Positions 1 to 9,900 of a stretch of DNA of 64,000 bases are shown here, one piece after another. Position numbers and translations under genes: made by a program. The notes under the pieces were generated by a model, which saw only the letters and a list, made by a program, of their open reading frames with translations, was not told the DNA's origin and did no database searches. Origin of the DNA: Eledone cirrhosa (taxonomy: Eukaryota); assembly GCA_964016885.1 (NCBI GenBank), contig OZ024741.1, positions 411,122,001 through 411,186,000 on the forward strand, in the 5' to 3' direction. Position 1 is the first letter of the stretch. Each line of letters starts with the position of its first letter.

Positions 1-130
1 CCATACGTACATATATGTGTGCATGTATGTATATATATATACATACTACTGTACGTCTGTATACATATATGTATGTACGTATACATACTTATATATATCT
101 GAAATTATATTTATATATATATACACACAT
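1..130. repeat. Degenerate TA/TG/CA dinucleotide microsatellite (intronic)
   Basis: Alternating tatg/tata/caca runs. They explain the spurious MCACMYIYIH ORF. Confidence 0.8.
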
Positions 131-334
131 AGACAATCATGCCTGCTGTTTAACCAACATTAGTACAACTCAAGTCTCAATCAAACGGAGTTTCACTTGT
201 GCACTTGCAGGAAGAAGGGTTAAACAGGATATCCTTTAAAATGGGTGGTTTTGTCTCATAGAACCAGAGCTGGTTCTGGCCAGGCTGGTATTAAGAGGGG
301 GTTAAAATGTGAAAGTTATAGTTGAAGAACCTAC

Positions 335-512
335 TTCGGCTATTGTCATGAGCAATAGCCATTTGTGCCTGGATGTATGTACAGTCAGCGAAGCCATTGT
401 CAATGAACGACTGGTAGATCTGTAAAGCTTCATCTGTGTGTTGTAGTTCAGAGTACATGTGTGCAAGGAATAAATGTTTTATCCAGTGGTTTGGTAACGT
501 CAAAGACTGGAG
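335..512 (-). CDS. CDC23: CDC23/APC8 internal coding exon (178 nt, phase 0 to phase 1)
   Basis: Translates LQSLTLPNHWIKHLFLAHMYSELQHTDEALQIYQSFIDNGFADCTYIQAQMAIAHDNSR, collinear with vertebrate CDC23 as recalled (LSLPDTWMKEFFLAHIYTELQLIEEALQKYQNLIDVGFSKSSYIVSQIAVAYHNIR). Pyrimidine-rich acceptor cctctttctctctcag ends at 513; donor GTAGGT starts at 334. Confidence 0.93.
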
Positions 513-644
513 CTGAGAGAGAAAGAGGGGAAACAGTTAAAAAAATAAGAAATTCAATAAAACATTTGTAATGAAAAAAAATTAAGGTCTTTTAAGGTTT
601 TAGGAAAAAATATCTAAAATTGGGTTTGTTAATTCAAATATAGC

Positions 645-818
645 AGTAGTAGTAGTGGTGGTGGTGGTGGTAGTAGTAGTAGAAGTAGTAGTAGTGGTAG
701 TAGTAGAAGTGGTGGTGGTAGTAGTACTAGAAGTAGTAATAGTAGTGGTGGTAGGTAGTAGTAGTGGTGGTGGTGGTAGTAGTAGTAGTAGTAGAAGTAG
801 TAGTAGTGGTAGTAGTAC

Positions 819-858
<40 letters not shown>

Positions 859-939
859 GGTGGTAGTAGTAGTAGAAGTAGTAGTAGGGGCAGTAGTAGT
901 AGAAGTAGTAGTAGTGGTAGGTAGTAGTAGTGGTGGTAG

Positions 940-980
<41 letters not shown>

Positions 981-988
981 GGTGGTAG

Positions 989-1019
<31 letters not shown>

Positions 1020-1098
1020 GTAGTAGTAGTGGTAGAAGTGGCGGTGGTAGTAGTAGTAGTAGTGGTGGTGGTGGTAGTATTAGTAGTGGCGGTGGTAG

Positions 1099-1138
<40 letters not shown>

Positions 1139-1152
1139 AAGTGGTAGTAGTG

Positions 1153-1184
<32 letters not shown>

Positions 1185-1186
1185 AG

Positions 1187-1220
<34 letters not shown>

Positions 1221-1858
1221 AAGTGGTGGTAGGTAGTAGTAGTAGTAGTGGTGGTGGTAGGTAGTAGCAGTAGTGGTGGTAGTAGTAGTAGAAGTAGTAG
1301 TAGTGGTAGTAGTAGAAGTGGCGGTGGTAGTAGTAGTAGTAGTAGTGGTGGTGGTGGTGGTGGTAGTATTAGTAGTGGCGGTGGTAGGTAGTAGTAGTAG
1401 TAGTGGTGGTAGTAGTGGTGGTAGTAGTAGTAGTGGTGGTAGTAGTAGTAGTGGTGGTAGTAGTAGTGATGGTAGGTAGTAGTAGTAGTAGTGGTGGTAG
1501 TAGTGGTGGTAGTAGTAGTAGTGGTGGTAGTAGTGGTGGTAGTAGTAGTAGTGGTGGTAGTAGTAGTAGTGGTGGTAGTAGTAGTGGTGGTAGGTAGTAG
1601 TAGTAGTGGTGGTAGTAGTGGTGGTAGTAGTAGTAGTGGTGGTAGTAGTAGTAGTGGTGGTAATAGTAGTGATGGTAGGTAGTAGTAGTAGTAATAGTGG
1701 TGGTAGTAGTAGTGGTAGGTAGTAGTAGTAGTGGTGGTAGTAGTAGTAGAAGTAGTAGTAGTAGTGGTGATAGGTAGTAGTAGTAGTAGTGGTAGTAGTA
1801 GTAGTGGTGGTAGTGGCAGGTAGTAGTAGTAGTGGTGGTAGTAGTAGTAGTAATGGTG

Positions 1859-1896
<38 letters not shown>

Positions 1897-2183
1897 GGTG
1901 TGGTGGTAGGTAGTAGTAGTAGTAGTGGTAGTAGTAGTGGTGGTGGTGGTAGTAGTAGTGGTGGTAGTAGTAGTTTTAGTAATGGTGGTAGTAGTAGTGG
2001 TGGTGGTGGAAGTAGTAGTAGTAGTGGTGGAGTAGTAGTAGTAGTAGTAGTGATGGTAATAGTAGTAGTAATAGTGGTAGTGGTGATGGCAGTAGTAGTA
2101 GTGATGGTGGTAGTAGTGGAAGTAGTAGTAGTAATATCAGTATTAGTAGTAGTGGTGGAAGTAGTAGTAGAAGTGATGGTAAT
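645..2183. repeat. About 1.5 kb imperfect (GTA)n/(GTG)n trinucleotide tract filling the CDC23 intron 513-2190
   Basis: Continuous agt/ggt triplets with occasional gtaggtag phase shifts. Source of all the poly-V/S/G ORFs. Confidence 0.95.
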
Positions 2184-2190
2184 AACTCAC

Positions 2191-2323
2191 AGTTTCTTTG
2201 TCTGGTATCAAGGTGTTAAGTTCCTGCCAAGCTCCCCAATGGAGGGGTTCTTTGTGGACTGACTCCAATAAAACATTGGTGGCTTCTTTTAGTAAATCTA
2301 ATTTCTTGAGAACAACACCATAT
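2191..2323 (-). CDS. CDC23: CDC23/APC8 internal coding exon (133 nt, phase 2 to phase 0), not present in the ORF track
   Basis: Minus strand reads actatag|A TAT GGT GTT GTT CTC AAG... = YGVVLKKLDLLKEATNVLLESVHKEPLHWGAWQELNTLIPDKET|gtgagt. This matches CDC23 as recalled (YGVVLRKLDLVKEAIDVFVEATHVLPLHWGAWLELCNLITDKEM) and joins in frame to exon 335-512. Confidence 0.93.
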
Positions 2324-3168
2324 CTATAGTAATATAATAATATATCTATAGTGATAGTGATATAATAATATATCTATAGTGATATAATAATATATCTATA
2401 GTGATATAATAATATATCTATAGTGATATAATAATATATCTATAGTAATATAATAATATATCTATAGTGATAGTGATATAATAATATATCTATAGTGATA
2501 TAATAATATATCTATAGTGATATAATAATATATCTATAGTGATATAATAATATATCTATAGTGATATAATAATATATCTATAGTGATATAATAATATATC
2601 TACAGTGATATAATAATATATCTACAGTGATATAATAATATATCTACAGTGATATAATAATATATCTATAGTGATATAATAATATATCTATAGTGATATA
2701 ATAATATATCTATAGTGATATAATAATATATCTATAGTGATATAATAATATATCTACAGTGATATAATAATATATCTACAGTGATATAATAATATATCTA
2801 CAGTGATATAATAATGTATCTATAGTGATATAATAATATATCTACAGTGATATAATAATATATCTACAGTGATATAATAATATATCTATAGTGATATAAT
2901 AATATATCTATAGTGATATAATAATATATCTACAGTGATATAATAATATATCTACAGTGATATAATAATATATCTATAGTGATATAATAATATATCTACA
3001 GTGATATAATAATATATCTACAGTGATATAATAATATATCTATAGTGATATAATAATATATCTATAGTGATATAATAATATATCTATAGTGATATAATAT
3101 ATCTATAGTGATATAATAATATATCTATAGTAATATAATAATATATCTATAGTGATATAATAATATAT
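2320..3168. repeat. 22-bp satellite, exon-proximal segment; overlaps the CDC23 splice acceptor
   Basis: Tandem TATATCTA(T/C)AGTGATATAATAA, highly homogeneous, starting within the first 4 nt of the exon. Confidence 0.97.
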
Positions 3169-6100
3169 AAAATCGCCAACTCGCTATTCTGTTATGGCTG
3201 TTTCCTCGGTATAAAGTAACGTTCAAATATTTTTCTCGATTCTTCTCTCCATTCTAATCCATTAGTCTATTCATTCACCATTCTATATCATGCTTTTCGA
3301 TATGATGGATGGACTACGGAATTCTGGAGAGTTGAAGAGAGAAAAATCTGGACGCTCAGCGACAATGCCAAAGATAAAGACAAATTCACCTCGTGGACGA
3401 GAATGTAAGCACTCCTCCTTGTTTCGGCCGAGGATGGCTAACATAACCCACCCCACCCCCGCGCCCCACCGCTCCCACCCTCCAAACGCAATCCAAAACT
3501 TCAGAGTTGGTACCATGAATGTAGGCACCTTAAAGGGCCGCTCTAACGAGGTTGTAGAAATGCTTGAACGTAAGGAGGTCGATGTTTGTTGTATTCAAGA
3601 GACCAGGTGGAGGGGGGCGGGGGGTCTGCTAGATTCATCGTGGGTAAAGAGCGATGCTATAAGCTTTTCTGGGTGGGAAATGACAATGGGCTGGGTGGAG
3701 TAGGAATCATGGTAGCAGAAAAGTGGGCAGATAAGATAATAGACGTAAATAGAGTGAACGACAGAATAATTAAAATAAGACTTGTCCTCAATAGAACTAC
3801 GGTGACAGTAATATCTGCGTACGCACCCCAATCCGGACTGCCCGGCGCTATAAAAGACAGATTCTATGAGACACTGATGCTCACTACCTCCCAAATAACC
3901 GACAGTGACTATATAATTATTGCAGGCGACCTAAATGGTCACGTTGGACAACATTGTGATGGCTATGACGGAATCCATGGAGGCTATGGGTTCGGTACTA
4001 GAAATGAGGAAGGCTCCAGAATCCTGGAATTCTGCGACGCAAATAACCTAACTATCTGTAACACTAACTTCAAAAAGCGAGACAATCACTTGATCACCTA
4101 TAGATCGGGAACACACAAGCCAGGTAGATTATATCCTTACCAGAAGACGTGACAGAGTGTCTGTTGTAAACACTAAATCCCTCCCCCATGAAGAATGCAC
4201 CTCCCAACATAGACTGATAATTAGCGACCTCATAGTCAGGACGAGACGTACTAGACAGCAGAAGAGGACTATCCTCAGGAGAAAAATATGGAAGCTAAAG
4301 GACCCCATAGCCAGAAATAAATTTCAAAGCATATTACTTGATGCTTTCGACAGTAAGGAAGAGCAATTAGAGTCGTATAATATAGAGGAACAGTGGGAAT
4401 TCCTGAAAGCAAACCTGCTGACGGCGGCAGACAAAGTCTGTGGCTGGAGCAGGCCTGTAGGTAGGAGGAGAGTAACATGGTGGTGGAACAGTAAGGTGGA
4501 GGAGTCAATTAAGGCCAAAAAGCAGGCTTGGAAAGTATGGCGGGACGGGGGAAGTAGAGAAGACTATCAAGTGGCCAGGAGGGAAGCTAGGAGACAAGTG
4601 TACTTCGCAAGAAGGGAAGCAGAGGAAAGAAAGTTCAACCATGTTCTACAACGTGAGGACCAAAAACGTGAGGTGTTCAGGATTGCTAGGCAATGTGTCA
4701 AGGAAAACCGTGATATTGTCGGGGAGAAGTGTGTACTTAATGATGATGGCATACTTGCCATCACTGACGCTGATAAGAAGGTAGCTTGGAAGTGTCACTA
4801 CGAAAGGCTTCTAAATGAGGAGAACAAATGGGAGAAAGACAGTCTCCCCTACATCGACCCAATAGAGGGACCAGCAGTGTTAGTCGAAGGTAGTATAATA
4901 AGTAAGGCAATCAAAGATATGAAGACGGGTAAGGCGGCTGGGCCTTCGGAAATAGTTGCTGAGATGCTGAAAGCCTCTGGAACGGTGGGACACACCATGG
5001 TCACCCGGATAGTAAACCAAGTCATACAGAATGGGGTTGTTCCGAAGGACTGGCATAGCAGCATCATCATTAACTGTTACAAGAGTAAAGGAGATGCCCT
5101 AGATAGGTGTAATTATAGCGGCATTAAATTAATCGACCAGGTCATGAAGGTCACGGAAAAAGTAATAGCGCAACTAATCAGAGAGAGAATTGATCTAGAT
5201 GAAATGCATTTCGGGTTTGTGTCAGGCAAAAGTACCACAGACGCTCTTTTCATTGTACGACAACTACAGGAGAAGTACCTAGCTAAAAGTAAACCCCTAT
5301 ACTTAGCTTTTGTTGACTTGGAGAAAGCCTTCGACAGAGTCCCCTGTTCCATTATCTGGTGGGCTCTTAGAAAACTAGGTGTTGACGAATGGCTTGTGAG
5401 AGCTATACAAGCCATGTATAAAGAAACAGTGAGCAAGGTTAGAATTAACAACGAATATAGTGAAGAGTTTAGCGTAAAAGTTGGTGTCCATCAGCGCTCT
5501 GTTCTTAGCCCCCTACTATTTATTATTGCCCTTCAGGCTATAACAGAGGAGTTCAAGACCGGCTGCCCATGGGAACTCCTATACGCAGATGATCTAACGC
5601 TCATAGCTGAATCAATGACCGAACTAGAGAAGAAATTCCAAACATGGAAGCACGGCCTAGAATCAAAAGGCTTTAAAATTAACCTGGCTAAGACTAAAGT
5701 TCTAGTTTGTAGGAAAGAAAATAAGGCGGCAGTCCCATCTGGGAAATGGCCATGCTCAGTGTGTAGGAAAGGCGTAGGTAGAAACTCCATTTTATGTCCC
5801 AAATGCAAAGTATGGGTGGATAAAAGATGTAGTGGGATCACAGGTAAGCTAACTAAGAACATAGATTTTACATGTGGCCGGTGCTCTGGTGCAATAAGTA
5901 GCAGCAAGTGCCCACAATACTAGCTCTTTCAATTGCGCAGAGGGTTCTATAGAAATAGTGGACAGCTTCCGTTACCTGGGTGACAAAATCAGCAGTGGGG
6001 GAGGGTGCTCTGAAAGTACAGTAGCTAGAGTCAGAACTGGATGGAAAATTCAGAGAGCTTATACCACTATTAGCCGCTAAAGGGTTCTCCCTGAAAATGA

Positions 6101-6919
6101 AAGGCAGGTTATACGATGCCTGCATACGAACATCAATGCTGCATGGCAGTGAGACCTGGGCATTGTGTGCAGAGGATATACGCAGACTAGAGAGGAACGA
6201 AGCTTGCATGCTCCGCTGGATGTGCAATAGTAATATACGTGAACGGCTCAGCATAAACGAACTAAAGAAAAAATTAGAAATAAGAGGGATCAGATGTTGT
6301 TTACTCGAGAGAAGGCTACGTTGGTATGGTCACGTGATGCGCATGAAAGACGACAGCTGTATAACAAAGTGCAGGGCAATAAAGATAGACGGTAGCCACG
6401 GAGTAGGCAGACCCAGAAAAACCACGGACGACATGATAAATTCCGAACTCACACGCTTACACCTCTCCAAGACAATGTCACTGGACCGAGACCTTTGGCG
6501 GTACTCAGTAATAGAGAAGACCCGCCTTACCTAAATACAAAGTAAAACCTACTACAGTCAGTAGGCATCTCTATCAAAACACACCCCCGTCCCACCACCC
6601 CCACCACATCCACACCCTTCAATGTGAAGTTATGTTGGCACCACAACATCCAGGCCGAAACAAATGAGATCGTGTAGGTGTCACGACAAAAAAACACACA
6701 GTCCACGCTGTAATGTGGCCGTGTAGGCAACACGGTAAAAAGCTCCCGGTCCACACTATAAATGTAGTTGGTGTTAGGAAGGACATCCAGCCGTAGAAAA
6801 CCCGCCAGACAGTCCTATGCGAGCAAGACGACCACTCTTGCCTCAAGTGGGAAAACCCCCGTCCAAACCCATGCAAGCGTGGAACACGGATGCTAAACCT
6901 TGATGATGATGATCATCAT
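3169..6919 (+). mobile_element. Near-full-length RTE-clade non-LTR retrotransposon (APE endonuclease + RT) with (TGA)n tail
   Basis: APE motifs GTMNVGTL, CIQETRW, AYAPQ, GDLNGHVG. RT motifs FVDLEKAFD, VLSPLLF, YADD, YLG. RTE-type C-terminus (HGSETW, RRLRWYGHVMR, GRPRKT). About 380-bp 3' UTR ending tgatgatgatgat. Satellite on both sides in the same register. Confidence 0.95.
3290..6534 (+). pseudogene. RTE endonuclease/reverse transcriptase ORF broken by about 4 frameshifts
   Basis: Track ORFs 3290-3703, 3586-4152, 4157-5923 and 6097-6534 are consecutive pieces of one protein. Frameshifts lie near 3615, 4115, 5910 and 6047; the bridging segment EIVDSFRYLGDKIS is in a different frame from 4157-5923. 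Confidence 0.9.
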
Positions 6920-9900
6920 CTATAGTGATATAATAATATATCTACAGTGATATAATAATATATCTATAGTGATATAATATATCTACAGTGATATAATATA
7001 TCTACAGTGATATAATATATCTATAGTGATATAATAATATATCTATAGTGATATAATAATATATCTATAGTGATATAATATATCTATAGTGATATAATAA
7101 TATATCTATAGTGATATAATATATCTATAGTGATATAATAATATATCTATAGTGATATAATATATCTACAGTGATATAATAATAAATCTATAGTGATATA
7201 ATAATATATCTATAGTGATATAATAATATATCTACAGTGATATAATAATATATCTATAGTGATATAATAATATATCTATAGTGATATAACAATATATCTA
7301 TAGTGATATAATATATCTATAGTGATATAACATATATATAGTGAAATAATAATATATCTATAGTGATGTAATATATCTACATTGATATAATATATCTATA
7401 GTGATATAATATATCTATTGTGATATAATAATATATCTACAGTGATATAATATATCTACAGTGATATAATAATATATCTACAGTGATATAATAATATATC
7501 TATAGTGATATAATAATATATCTATAGTGACATAATAATATATCTATAGTGACATAATAATATATCTATACTGATTTAATAATATATCTACAGTGATATA
7601 ATAATATATCTATGGCGATATAATAATATATCTACAGTGATATAATAATATATCAATAGTGATATAATAATATATCTATAGTGAAATAATAATATATCTA
7701 TAGTGATATATCTATAGTGATATAATATATCTACAGTGATATAATATATCTACAGTGATATAATAATATATCTATAGTGATATAATAATATATTTATAGT
7801 GATATAATAATATATCTACAGTGATATAATATATCTATAGTGATATAATAATATATCTATAGTGATATAATAATATAGCTATAGTGATATAATAATATAT
7901 CTATAGTGATTAGTGATATAATAATATATCTATAGTGATATAATAATATATCTATAGTGATATCATAATATATCTATAGCGATATAATAATATATCATTA
8001 GTGATATAATATATCTATAGTGATATAATATATCTACAGTGATATAATAATATATCTATAGTGATATACTATATGTACAGTGATATAATATATCTATAGT
8101 GATATAATAATATATCTATAGTGATATAATAATATATCTATAGTGATATAATATATCGACAGTGATATAATATATCGACAGTGATATAATATATCTACAG
8201 TGATATAATAATATATCTACAGTGATATAATAATATATCTACAGAGATATAATAATATATCTACAGTGATATAATAATATATCTATAGTGATATAATAAT
8301 ATATCTATAGTAATATAACAATATATCTATAGTAATATAATATATCTATAGTAATATAATATATCTATAGTGATATAATAATATATCTATAGTGATATAA
8401 TAATATATCTATAGTGATATAATATATCTATAGTGATATAATATATCTACAGTGATATAATAATATATCTGTAGTGATATAATAATATATCTATAGTGAT
8501 ATAATAATATATCTATAGTGATATAATAACATATATCTATGGTGATATAATAATATATCTACAGTGATATAATAATATATCTATAGTGAAATAATAATAT
8601 ATTTATAGTGATATATCTATCGTGATATAATATATCTACAGTGAAATAATATATCTACAGTGATATAATAACATATCTATAGTGATATAATAATATATCT
8701 ATAGTGATATAACAATATATCTATAGTGATATAATATATCTATAGTGTTGTAACAAATCTATAGTGATATAATAATATATCTATAGTGATGTAATATATC
8801 TACAGTGATATAATAGTATATCTATAGTGATATAATAATATATCTATAGTGATATAATAATATATCTACAGTGATTAGTGATATAATAATATAGCTATAG
8901 TGATATAATAATATATCTACAGTGATATAGTAATATATCTACAGTGATATAATAATATATCTATAGTGATATAATAATATATCTATAGTGATATAATAAT
9001 ATATCTACAGTGATATACTATATCTACAGTGATATAATAATATATCTACAGTGATATAATAATATATCTACAGTGATATAATAATATATCTACAGTGATA
9101 TAATAATATATCTATAGTGATATAATAATATATCTACAGTGATATAATAATATATCTACAGTGATATAATAATATATCTACAGTGATATAATAATATATC
9201 TATAGCGATATAATAATATATTTACAGTGATATAATAATATATCTACAGTGATATAATAATATATCTACAGTGATATAATAATATATCTATAGTGATATA
9301 ATAATATATCTATAGTGATATAATAATATATCTATAGTGACATACTAATATATCTATACTGATATAATAATATATCTACAGTGATATAATAATATATCTA
9401 TAGTGATAGAATAATATATCTATAGTGATATAATAATATATCTATAGTGATATAATAATATATCTACAGTGATATAATAATATATCTATAGCGATATAAT
9501 ACTATATCTATAGTGATATACTATATCTACAGTGATATAATAATATATCTATAGTGATATAATATATCTAGTGATATAATAATATATCTGTAGTGATAAA
9601 ATAATATATCTATAGTGATATACTATATCTACAGTGATATAATATATCTATAGTGATATAATACTATATCTATAGTGATATAATAATATATCTACAGTGA
9701 TATAATAACATGTATCTATAGTTATATAATATATCTACAGTGATATAATATATCTACAGTGATATAATATATCTACAGTGATATAATATATCTACAGGGA
9801 TATAATAATATATCTATAGTGATATAATAATATATCTATAGTGATATAATAATATATCTATAGTGATATAATATATCTATGGTAATATAATAATATATCT

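Noticed and set aside
146-227. 10-bp inverted repeat ctgtttaacc/ggttaaacag with TTAA (piggyBac-like MITE?)
   Set aside because: Too short to distinguish from chance without a repeat library.
655-2262. Poly-Val/Ser/Gly ORFs on the + strand
   Set aside because: They are translations of the (GTA/GTG)n tract, antisense to a CDC23 intron and exon.
3283-6876. Minus-strand ORFs across the RTE (and + ORF 45891-46190)
   Set aside because: They are antisense shadows of the RTE ORF and UTR with no recognisable motifs.
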